From Spirochaetota bacterium (GTDB lineage: Bacteria; Spirochaetota; UBA4802; UBA5550), in contig OY760686.1 of NCBI GenBank assembly GCA_963663865.1, positions 2,560,001 to 2,624,000 on the forward strand: a stretch of 64,000 nt of DNA, given 5' to 3'. Under the pieces are notes generated by a model that was given only the letters and a program-made list of their open reading frames with translations, was not told the DNA's origin and did not search any database. This document shows positions 30,876-39,506 of this stretch, in pieces. Every line of letters begins with the position of its first letter. The first letter of the stretch is position 1. The translations under genes were made by a program, and so were the position numbers.

Positions 30876-31658
30876 ATGAAAACTACACTTAAGACAGCGC
30901 TTGCCTTATCAGCTGCTCTGAGCATCGCACTTTTTTCGGCTTCAAACGCGTCAGCCGAAGCATTCAAAAGCCCGAGTCTCGGCGGGGCCACAGGACTCAT
31001 AACTACTCCCACAGCGCATACCGGCTGGGAAGGCAACAGCCTCGCCCTTGATCTGGGATACGCGTACCTGGACGACCAGCAGGGAACACATATACCGAAA
31101 GCTACTCTGCAAATTTACGGCAAAGCTGAGATCGGATTCGCATATGACGCGCAGGACAGATATGACAATGATGAAGACATGCACATTCATGGTAAGTTTA
31201 ACTTCTATAACGGAGGTTCATCGGCGCTTGCAATCGGCGGAAATTTTCAGATGCTGAATAACGGCGACGAGGCAAGAGAAGACAACGCGTGGCAGCTTTA
31301 TCTTGCCGCAACTTATGGCGGAAACTTTTTTAACATGCCCGCGGAAACTACAATAGTTATTGGAAAAACCTTCGGTACTCCGGAAGATGATTCAGTTGAT
31401 TTCTCAATGGGATTTGACCTTCAGCTTTTCCCGAGCATTTTCAAGGGATATGTTCACTGGATCAACGATTTTTCAAACTATTCTTACAGCGCTGATCCTA
31501 TCGGATCAGATCCACACCGCGGTATTTTCAATACCGGCGCAAGAATCGCAATCCTCAAGACCAGCAGATATAAATGGAATGTTGATCTTCTCATGACAGA
31601 CGCGCTTGACGACAACCGCGACTGGGGACTTGGAACAGCATTCGGACTTGCTTTTTAA
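30876..31658 (+). CDS. Outer-membrane beta-barrel protein (YjbH-like N-terminus)
   Basis: SD GGAGAGG; signal peptide; GATGLITTPTA motif; alternating beta strands; C-terminal Phe. Confidence 0.7.
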   Translation: MKTTLKTALALSAALSIALFSASNASAEAFKSPSLGGATGLITTPTAHTGWEGNSLALDLGYAYLDDQQGTHIPKATLQIYGKAEIGFAYDAQDRYDNDEDMHIHGKFNFYNGGSSALAIGGNFQMLNNGDEAREDNAWQLYLAATYGGNFFNMPAETTIVIGKTFGTPEDDSVDFSMGFDLQLFPSIFKGYVHWINDFSNYSYSADPIGSDPHRGIFNTGARIAILKTSRYKWNVDLLMTDALDDNRDWGLGTAFGLAF

Positions 31659-31672
31659 AACCTGGAATAGAC

Positions 31673-31692
31673 GGCGGAGCTTAAGCTCCGCC
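31673..31692. terminator. GC-rich hairpin between convergent genes
   Basis: GGCGGAGC-TTAA-GCTCCGCC; no clear U tract. Confidence 0.4.
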
Positions 31693-31779
31693 TGATAAAG
31701 CGGCAGAGTGCAAGATGAGGTCACAGTTGAGATGCGCAGTCAGATGAGAGATTGTTTTAATAAAATATCTTTTCCCATT

Positions 31780-32910
31780 TCAATGCCCCATAATTTGCAT
31801 GAAGTATTTATCGTATTCAGCTGAAATTCTCTCATGAGAAAACTTTTCGACCTCTATCATGGCTCTTCCGGCAAGCCTGTCAGCCAGTCTTTTATTTCCG
31901 AGCACATTTTCAAGAGCCCTGACAAGTTGATCAGTACTGTTTTCGGCAACAAGCAAACCACTAATTCCATCAGTTATTATTTCGTCAGGACCATGTGGAC
32001 ACTGAGTTGACACAACCGGCACACCGCATGCCATAGCTTCAACGATCACGTTCCCAAACCCCTCCCATCTGCTTGAAAGTACAAATACTGAAGCCCTTGA
32101 AAAATACTTATACGGGTTATTGACCCATCCAGGCATCATAACATCGTTAGCAAACTCTTCGGGCACCATTCTCTCAAGCTCACTCCTCATTTCGCCCTCT
32201 CCAAGTATCAACAACCTGCATTTCATCTTTTTCCTGAGTTCCAAAAAAGCTCTTACCAATAACTCATGATTCTTCTGGTAGGACATTCTTCCGGCAGTTA
32301 TTATTACAGGCGCCTCAGAAAAAAAACTAATTTCCCTGTCATCCAGCTTCTCATCTTTTTTTTCTTTTAGCACTTCTAAATCAACCGGATTGTATATGAC
32401 ATCTATAAGCTTTTCAGAAAAGCCACTTGCAACAAGCTCACCCTTCAAACCTTTTGAAACTGCAATTATACCGTTTGACCTGCTTCCAAGTTTCTGATTA
32501 AAATATTGTGATATTTTTCCACATATGCCCATGTCAGAGGTTTTTTGTAAAACGGCGTTGTGATAGGCAATGATTACCGGAATACGGATCCTGAAAAAAA
32601 ACTTAATGATCAACACAACCATGTTTGATATAAATGAATGAGCAAATAGAAGATCATATTCGCCTTTTTTTATCTCCTTTTTCAACACATATATTCTTTT
32701 AAAAAATCCTGTAAGTGTTTTAAGGAAACTGCGGCTTGTGGCAGATTTTAAATCAATTTTTTTTCCGTAAAAATCATGAAGGAAAAAAAAACGGAATAGC
32801 GCTATCGACAAGTCATATCTTCCTGAAAGTTTTTTACTGATTATTGACAAAAGGCGTTGAATACCTCCATCTCCCATGTCAGAATAGACAAAAAGAATTT
32901 TTTTTGACAT
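31780..32910 (-). CDS. GT4 glycosyltransferase (PglJ/WabH-like)
   Basis: GGIQR, VIYNPVD, GRMSYQKNH, FVLSSRWEGFGNVIVEAMACG, GPDEII. Confidence 0.92.
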   Translation of the reverse strand: MSKKILFVYSDMGDGGIQRLLSIISKKLSGRYDLSIALFRFFFLHDFYGKKIDLKSATSRSFLKTLTGFFKRIYVLKKEIKKGEYDLLFAHSFISNMVVLIIKFFFRIRIPVIIAYHNAVLQKTSDMGICGKISQYFNQKLGSRSNGIIAVSKGLKGELVASGFSEKLIDVIYNPVDLEVLKEKKDEKLDDREISFFSEAPVIITAGRMSYQKNHELLVRAFLELRKKMKCRLLILGEGEMRSELERMVPEEFANDVMMPGWVNNPYKYFSRASVFVLSSRWEGFGNVIVEAMACGVPVVSTQCPHGPDEIITDGISGLLVAENSTDQLVRALENVLGNKRLADRLAGRAMIEVEKFSHERISAEYDKYFMQIMGH

Positions 32911-33174
32911 TGATATCCAGTCCAGCGATCAGATAAGTTTTTAATCGATTATTTTTTCTTAATTCTGATATTTTGAAAAATCGTAATCAATTCACGCATA
33001 TATAAAATTATATTGCAAAAACCTGTCAACACTAATACACAGTTGCCATCTTTTATCAGAGATTAAACGGTACTCCCTTCTGAATTATTAACGACAAATA
33101 TTTAACATTTATTTCCTCTGCACAATCAATATTTACGATATTCTATAATATCATCTTTATACACAAATAGTAAC

Positions 33175-33203
33175 TTGACATTCAACTGACTCAATAATAG
33201 CAT
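33175..33203 (+). promoter_or_regulatory. Putative sigma-70 promoter
   Basis: TTGACA-17 bp-TAGCAT followed by an (AT)8 tract. Confidence 0.45.
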
Positions 33204-33258
33204 ATATATATATATATTTTATAATATATTATATTTATTATAAATAGATCATCGGAGC

Positions 33259-33912
33259 TTGCAAATGAAGAGATCTTTTATTCTAATACTATTTTTAAAA
33301 TTTATCTGTTCAAATCTTTATTCTCAGGATTCATCTAAAGACAACCATAAGTATTATTTTGAATTAAGTTCAGGTTATGGATATATGAACGCAGACGGAG
33401 TAGACGCAAAAGGCCCTGCTGGTTCCAGTTCCAGATTCAACCCCACATCAGCCGACGGAGGAGCATCATCCTTTTCAGCATTTTTAGGAATCCAAATGAA
33501 AAGTTTTTATTATATCGGCTTTAGGATTACCTGTACTGATTTCAAGAGTAGTAACACTATAGCATCGGAAACATCAAAATATACCATAGACTATGCCTAT
33601 AAACTGTATTCATTTGATTTTGCCCTCATAAACTTCAATTTTGATTCTGGCATTTATCTCAAAAGCGGATTAGGCGCAACAAGAGCAATAGACACAGAAG
33701 CATATGATGAAAACTCAGGCATGATGTCTTCAGTATTTTTTGAAGCTGGGTATAAATACTTTATAACAGACAATATTGCCATTGGCGTGGCATACTGTTT
33801 CGATTACAAATATGGTGGATATGACGGTTCCTGCGACTGTTATGAGTGTTCTCCATTTATTGACGATGCAACCATAAACTCACTGAAGCTGAACATCACA
33901 TATTCATTTTGA
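33259..33912 (+). CDS. Outer-membrane beta-barrel protein (OmpA/OmpW-like barrel)
   Basis: Signal peptide; aromatic-girdled beta strands; ends LNITYSF. Confidence 0.7.
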   Translation: MQMKRSFILILFLKFICSNLYSQDSSKDNHKYYFELSSGYGYMNADGVDAKGPAGSSSRFNPTSADGGASSFSAFLGIQMKSFYYIGFRITCTDFKSSNTIASETSKYTIDYAYKLYSFDFALINFNFDSGIYLKSGLGATRAIDTEAYDENSGMMSSVFFEAGYKYFITDNIAIGVAYCFDYKYGGYDGSCDCYECSPFIDDATINSLKLNITYSF

Positions 33913-33937
33913 CTCCCTTCTGAGACAAACACTTACC

Positions 33938-35230
33938 TCAATACCTCTCCGGCCACAGCCTCTTGAGCCTCTCGGCTATGGCCTTCTCGCTGCCTTCCTC
34001 GCCCGGGCGGTAGAACACCTCGCCTCTGACCTCTTCCGGCAAGTAGTCCTCTTTCACGAAGTGGCCGTCAAAGTCGTGCGGATACTTATAGCCCTTGTGG
34101 TATCCCATGTTCTTCATCAGCTTTGTGGGCGCGTTTCTTATGTGCATCGGCACCTCGCCGTCGCCTTTCGCGGCGCGGGCCTTCGCGGCGTTTATACCCA
34201 TGTAAGAGGCATTGCTCTTGGGACAGGAAGCCAGAAAAGCAGCGCATTGACCCAGAACAATCTCGGCCTCGGGAAGCCCGATGTTTTTAACCGCGGTGTA
34301 CGTTGAAACGGCAAGATTCAGGGCCGCGGGCGAGGCGTTGCCGATGTCCTCAGACGCGAGAATAACCATGCGCCTCGCAATAAAGAGAGGGTCCTCGCCA
34401 GCCAGAATCATTCTCGCCATGTAAAAGAGGGCCGCGTCAGGGTCTGAACCGCGAAGCGACTTGATAAAAGCGGATATTGTGTCATAATGTTTATCGCCGC
34501 TCTTGTCGTAATAGAGCATCGAGTTTTTAACCGCTTCCTCGATGTTGTCAGCCGTAATGGCGCTTCCGTCTGAAACGGACCAGGCGGTCTCAAGAATATT
34601 GAGCATCCTTCTGGCGTCACCACCGGCAAGCGAGGTGAGCGTCTTTTTGATCCCATCCTCAAACTCAACCGCGGAATCCTTAAAAAGTATATCGCGTTCA
34701 AGCGCCATGTCAAGAATGCGTCCAAGCTCCTCTTCAGAGAGCCTGTTGAGCCTTACGACCCTCGTACGCGACAAAAGCGGAGATATAACGCTGAACGACG
34801 GGTTCTCAGTGGTAGCTCCGATAAGAACAATGTCTCCCGACTCCACGGCGCCGAGCACCGCGTCCTGCTGGGCCTTGTTAAAACGGTGAATCTCGTCTAT
34901 GAACAGCAGAGTCTGCTTCCCGTACATACGGTTATCACGGCCCTTCTCTATAACCTTGCGGACATCAGCGACGCCCGCCGATATAGCGCTCAGAGAGTAG
35001 TACTCCATTGAGCACGACCCCGCGATAAGCCCGGCAAGAGTAGTCTTTCCCGTCCCTGGCTCTCCCCACAGAATCAGCGAGTAGGGCTTCTTCGTTTCGA
35101 TGACTGTCCTGACTATCTTGCCTTGCGACATGACATGCCCCTGGCCGATGAACTCATCAATTGAAGCCGGCCGGCACCGTTCTGCAAGAGGACTCAGGTC
35201 TTCAGATCTCTGCATAGGAAAAACTCCCAA
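33938..35230 (-). CDS. rarA: Replication-associated recombination protein A
   Basis: PLAERCRP, GEPGTGKTT, FIDEIHRFNKAQQD, GATTENPSF, ISAFIKSLRGSDPDA, ASEDIGNA. Confidence 0.96.
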   Translation of the reverse strand: MGVFPMQRSEDLSPLAERCRPASIDEFIGQGHVMSQGKIVRTVIETKKPYSLILWGEPGTGKTTLAGLIAGSCSMEYYSLSAISAGVADVRKVIEKGRDNRMYGKQTLLFIDEIHRFNKAQQDAVLGAVESGDIVLIGATTENPSFSVISPLLSRTRVVRLNRLSEEELGRILDMALERDILFKDSAVEFEDGIKKTLTSLAGGDARRMLNILETAWSVSDGSAITADNIEEAVKNSMLYYDKSGDKHYDTISAFIKSLRGSDPDAALFYMARMILAGEDPLFIARRMVILASEDIGNASPAALNLAVSTYTAVKNIGLPEAEIVLGQCAAFLASCPKSNASYMGINAAKARAAKGDGEVPMHIRNAPTKLMKNMGYHKGYKYPHDFDGHFVKEDYLPEEVRGEVFYRPGEEGSEKAIAERLKRLWPERY

Positions 35231-35242
35231 AAGGAATAGCGC

Positions 35243-35273
35243 AAAAAAAAGACGGCAAAAATTGCCGCCTTTT
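35243..35273 (-). terminator. Intrinsic terminator after rpsU
   Basis: Minus strand GGCGGCAA-ttt-TTGCCGTC followed by U8. Confidence 0.75.
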
Positions 35274-35305
35274 CGGTACAGCCGGCAACTAACGCCGGAT
35301 TTTGA

Positions 35306-35539
35306 TCAGGACTTTTTGCCCCTGTTCTGCTGAGCAGCCATTCTGCGTATTTTCTTGAGTCTGCGTCGCTCTGCTTCTTCGCGCTTTCTCTTTTTCTCTA
35401 CGCTCGGCTTTTCGTAGTACCTTCTTCTTTTGAGCTCTTTGAAAATACCTTCGAAAGCCATCTTTTTCTTAAGATTCTTAAACGCTTTCTCAATATCGCC
35501 GCTGACCTCAACCTCTAAAGGGCTCGTCATGAACATCAC
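35306..35539 (-). CDS. rpsU: 30S ribosomal protein S21
   Basis: IEKAFKNLKKK...EGIFKELKRRRYYEKPS. Confidence 0.92.
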   Translation of the reverse strand: MMFMTSPLEVEVSGDIEKAFKNLKKKMAFEGIFKELKRRRYYEKPSVEKKRKREEAERRRLKKIRRMAAQQNRGKKS

Positions 35540-35617
35540 ATCCTTTTTATAATATTTTTGACATTAGACAACTCACTGTCCATATCTGTCAACCCATTAA
35601 TATCACGGCTTTATGAC

Positions 35618-35697
35618 GGGCGTCTCCCCGGCAGAGCCGGGGCCGCGCTTTCGCCTTAAAAACCCCATGACGGGGTTTCCGGCTCAATCGCTGACGC
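35618..35697 (+). ncRNA. Structured RNA resembling the Flavo-1 motif
   Basis: GGCGU..CCCCGGC-aga-GCCGGGG-CCGCGCUUUCGCC..AAACCCC-augac-GGGGUUU-CCGGCUCAAUCGCUGACGC; layout matches my recollection of Flavo-1 (GGCGU...GCUUU..CAAUC.CU.ACGC). Confidence 0.6.
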
Positions 35698-35804
35698 TCA
35701 GCATATTGAAAATCCTGCCAGATACTCTTTACAGATTTATTTTATTGACTAAAAATCGCAAAAAGATTTAAGCTAAATAAAACCAGTATGACAGACGGAC
35801 AATA

Positions 35805-36986
35805 ATGAACATAAAAAACTCAATAACCTCATCAGCTAAAACTCTCACCAAGAACAAGATGCGTTCAGGCCTGACAAGCATAGGAATCATAATAGGAGTC
35901 TCATCTGTAATTGTAATGATAGGCCTCGGCAGCAGCGCGCAGATTGCGGTGCGCGACAAGGTCTGGAGCTACGGCGCCAACGCCATGTCCATAACAGCGA
36001 AGCCGTACCAGTTCATGCCTAACGACATCAATGTATTCCTCAAAACCTTTCCTCAGATAAAATACATTTCGCCTGTATGCTTCGAACGCAACATAGCAGT
36101 CAGATACAAACAGAACAAGCAGAGGGCCAGGCTCTTCGGCGTTGACAATGACTTTTTCGCAATCAAAGAACGAAAGGTCACCATGGGCAGACAGTTCTCT
36201 TCGGACGAGGTTAGAAGAAACGCCAAGGTTGCAATTGTGGGTTCAAACATCGTCCGGGAGCTGTTCGCGGGTGTCAATCCCATCGAAAAGCAAATCGTAA
36301 TCAACGACGTACCCTACAAGGTCATAGGCATTCTGGAAGAGATGGGCGAATCCTTCACCGGAAACGACTACGATAATGAGATAATAGTCCCCTTCACCAC
36401 CGCTAACGCTAAGATATGGAACCGCTTAACCATTCCCGAGTTCTACGTCTCTGTCCGCAGCGAGAACCAGATAATGGATACCAAAAAGCAGATTCACGCC
36501 TATCTCAGGCAGAAGTACCATGTACCCGACAGCCGCGATGACGACTTCAAAGTTGTCACCAGCGCGGAGAAGCTCAAGATGGCAGACGACATATCAGGCG
36601 CGTTGAGCATTCTGCTTGCCGGAATCGCTTCGATCTCGCTTTTCGTCGGAGGAGTGGGCATCATGAACATCATGCTCGTCTCAGTAACCGAAAGAACGCG
36701 TGAAATCGGAATACGCATGGCCATAGGTGCCAAGAGGCGCGACATACTGATGCAGTTTCTTGTTGAGTCGGTAATGCTCAGCTCAGGCGGGGGCATAGTC
36801 GGAATCACAATAGGCCTCGGAGTCTACTACGGCATAACTGTTATGGTAGAGTGGCCCTTCATCTTCTCGGTGTTTTCGGTATTCATATCGGTAGTCTTCG
36901 CGAGCGGGGTTGGCATGTTCTTCGGCTACTACCCGGCAAAGAAGGCCTCCGGGCTCAAACCGATTGACGCCCTCAAGTTCGAGTAG
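35805..36986 (+). CDS. MacB/FtsX family ABC transporter permease
   Basis: RSGLTSIGIIIGV, GGVGIMNIMLVSVTERTREIGIRMAIGA, GYYPAKKAS.L.PIDALK. Confidence 0.93.
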   Translation: MNIKNSITSSAKTLTKNKMRSGLTSIGIIIGVSSVIVMIGLGSSAQIAVRDKVWSYGANAMSITAKPYQFMPNDINVFLKTFPQIKYISPVCFERNIAVRYKQNKQRARLFGVDNDFFAIKERKVTMGRQFSSDEVRRNAKVAIVGSNIVRELFAGVNPIEKQIVINDVPYKVIGILEEMGESFTGNDYDNEIIVPFTTANAKIWNRLTIPEFYVSVRSENQIMDTKKQIHAYLRQKYHVPDSRDDDFKVVTSAEKLKMADDISGALSILLAGIASISLFVGGVGIMNIMLVSVTERTREIGIRMAIGAKRRDILMQFLVESVMLSSGGGIVGITIGLGVYYGITVMVEWPFIFSVFSVFISVVFASGVGMFFGYYPAKKASGLKPIDALKFE

Positions 36987-36995
36987 GCGCCCGGC

Positions 36996-38405
36996 CTAAA
37001 AGCCGAGCGCACCGATCTCTGAACGCACAAGAGCAATCTGTCTGCTTACCTCTTCTGAGGCTGTGCTGCCTGCAGAGAGCTTCCTCTCGGTTGACTCCTC
37101 CGGGCTCAAAATTCCGGCGGCGTCTGCTTCAAAGGCGTCAGAAAATTCAGCCAGCTTATCTATTGTCAGAGTGAAAAAGTCAGCTCCCGTTTCCTCGCAG
37201 TGTTTCACAAGGCTGCCCACAATTTCATGTGACTTTCTAAACGGCACACCTTTTCGGGCAAGATAGTCAGCAAGGTCAGTCGCGGTTGAGAAGTTCTTAT
37301 AGACGGCCTTTTTCATATTTTCACGGTTTACAGTAACGTTTTTAAGCATTTCAGTCATTCCCTCAAGTGACAGCTTGACTGTGTCAACCGAGTCGAAGAG
37401 AGGTTCCTTGTCTTCCTGCATATCCCTGTTATAGGTCATTGGAAGCCCTTTTAATATTGTAAGCATTGCCGTAAGATTGCCGTTCAGCCTTCCCGTCTTG
37501 CCGCGTATCAGCTCGGCCAGGTCGGGATTGCGCTTCTGCGGCATAATCGACGATCCCGTAGTAACACTGTCAGCAAGCCTGATGAACGAAAATTCTGACG
37601 ACGACCAGAGGATAATATCCTCACACAGACGTGAAAGATGGGTTCCCAGAACCGAAGCAAAATAGAGATAGTCGAGAATAAAGTCGCGGTCGCTTACAGC
37701 GTCCATTGAGTTCATCATGATTTCGGAAAAGCCGAGTTCCTGCCTTAAAAACTCCCTGTCAGTGGGGTAATTTACACCCGCCATGGCTCCGGCCCCAAGC
37801 GGCATCTTCATGGCCGCTTTTTGCGCGGCGGCGAGCCTGTCAGTGTCCCTCAGAAACTTCCACGAATACGCAAGCAGATGATGGCTGAAACGGACCGGCT
37901 GCGCGACCTGCATATGTGTATAACCAGGCATAATAGCATCGGTATTTTTTTCAGCGAGTTCAACCAGAGCCTCAATGAGCCCCTTCAAGAGAGCTCCCGT
38001 TTCAGCGGTTTCATCACGCAGATAGAGGCGCATATCGACGGCAACCTGATCGTTTCGGGACCGTGCGGTATGGAGTTTTCTTCCGGCGTCACCAATCTCT
38101 TCGGTCAGCCTTGATTCAATGTTCATGTGGATATCTTCAAGTGAAGAGGAAAATACGAACTCGCCGTCTTCAATCTGCGCTTTAATTTTGGCAAGGCCCG
38201 TCCGGATATCTTCCAGTTCGCTGTCCGAAAGAATTCCTATACGGTTGAGCATCGAAGCGTGAGCAAGCGAACCTCTTATATCCTGGCCGTACAGGCGTTT
38301 GTCATAGTGAATAGAGGCCGACAGCCTCTCCGTAATACCTGATGACGCGGCGGCAAAGCGTCCGCCCCATAGTTTGCCGGATTTGTTTTTGTTGTCAGCA
38401 GACAT
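36996..38405 (-). CDS. argH: Argininosuccinate lyase
   Basis: KLWGGRF, EDIH, HTARSRNDQV, MPGYTH.Q.AQP, GSSIMPQKRNPD. Confidence 0.97.
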   Translation of the reverse strand: MSADNKNKSGKLWGGRFAAASSGITERLSASIHYDKRLYGQDIRGSLAHASMLNRIGILSDSELEDIRTGLAKIKAQIEDGEFVFSSSLEDIHMNIESRLTEEIGDAGRKLHTARSRNDQVAVDMRLYLRDETAETGALLKGLIEALVELAEKNTDAIMPGYTHMQVAQPVRFSHHLLAYSWKFLRDTDRLAAAQKAAMKMPLGAGAMAGVNYPTDREFLRQELGFSEIMMNSMDAVSDRDFILDYLYFASVLGTHLSRLCEDIILWSSSEFSFIRLADSVTTGSSIMPQKRNPDLAELIRGKTGRLNGNLTAMLTILKGLPMTYNRDMQEDKEPLFDSVDTVKLSLEGMTEMLKNVTVNRENMKKAVYKNFSTATDLADYLARKGVPFRKSHEIVGSLVKHCEETGADFFTLTIDKLAEFSDAFEADAAGILSPEESTERKLSAGSTASEEVSRQIALVRSEIGALGF

Positions 38406-38489
38406 AATAGCCTCTCGAATACAGGTTATGGAACCGCGGCGCGGCGGTTCGTAACATAGAGAATTCCATCAAACTTCACGTCAAGGGGA

Positions 38490-39494
38490 TTACTGCTTAA
38501 TGTCGACTTTTGAAAGCAGAATGTCAATATACGCTGACAGATCCGAGAGGGCCTCGCGTATCTCATATTCGAGAATATCGGCAAGGCTTATCATGTCGCT
38601 GTTTTCCATAGCCTCAATAACTGAGTTGAGCATGTCCTGAATCGTACGGTTCTTATCCTCAAGCGTAACGCCGTCAATTTCGATATCAGAGAGCTGAATT
38701 CCAAAAACGGGCACAAACTGGCTGCTTGACCTCGTAAAGTTAAATATAAACTCGATGAAGCCGTTAAGCTTTTCAACAGCTTCAGCGTCCTTCCCGGCCT
38801 GAAGCGCCGCAGCAATCTGTTCAATATTTTCAAGCTCGCCCTCAAGGCTGTTCGATATCGACGCCATCGACTCCATCAGAACGTCCGGAGAGTCGATGCT
38901 TCTGAGAATGAGCGACCTCATTTCGCCGCTTATCAGTATATGCCTCAGAAAATCGCGAATCTCCGAAAAGAGCCCGATGTCCCTGGAAAGCTTTGTCCTG
39001 AAGTCATCTTCTGAGCTGACACCCGCAAGTGAGTCTCTGAGCCCTCTCAGCTCATCAAGGTACCTTGAAACCGGCACATCCTTCACCCGGAACATCTCGG
39101 GGTCAATCCCGAGCAGATTAAGGGTCGACCGCATTACATCGCTCACCCAGTCTATTCCGGACGCCAGGTCGCGCGCTGTCTCAAGGCCGCTTCCTGCTCC
39201 TTCGGCTATTCTTCCGGCAAATTGTGATATCCTGTCGCAGTAGCGCCCGGCCTCCTGAAGCGCTGAGATCACAACATCAGCCCTTGACCGCAGCTGGCAG
39301 TTGAGAGTGTCAACATTCTCAATGATCTCTACAGGTGAATCGTCGGGCATATACTCCTTTCCGTCAACGCTGTATCCGGAAAGAACGAGATCCCTCTGGC
39401 CGGCCCATTTAGTAATGGAATCCACCACAGCTGCCACGGTTATCTCCTCATCCAGCTCAAAATCCACCGGATGTCCGTTTATCTGTACTTTCAT
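38490..39494 (-). CDS. Hypothetical protein downstream of fliD
   Basis: 12-bp gap from fliD; helical; C-terminal EAMENSDMISLADILEYEI. Confidence 0.75.
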   Translation of the reverse strand: MKVQINGHPVDFELDEEITVAAVVDSITKWAGQRDLVLSGYSVDGKEYMPDDSPVEIIENVDTLNCQLRSRADVVISALQEAGRYCDRISQFAGRIAEGAGSGLETARDLASGIDWVSDVMRSTLNLLGIDPEMFRVKDVPVSRYLDELRGLRDSLAGVSSEDDFRTKLSRDIGLFSEIRDFLRHILISGEMRSLILRSIDSPDVLMESMASISNSLEGELENIEQIAAALQAGKDAEAVEKLNGFIEFIFNFTRSSSQFVPVFGIQLSDIEIDGVTLEDKNRTIQDMLNSVIEAMENSDMISLADILEYEIREALSDLSAYIDILLSKVDIKQ

Positions 39495-39506
39495 CTCAAT
39501 ATCCCT

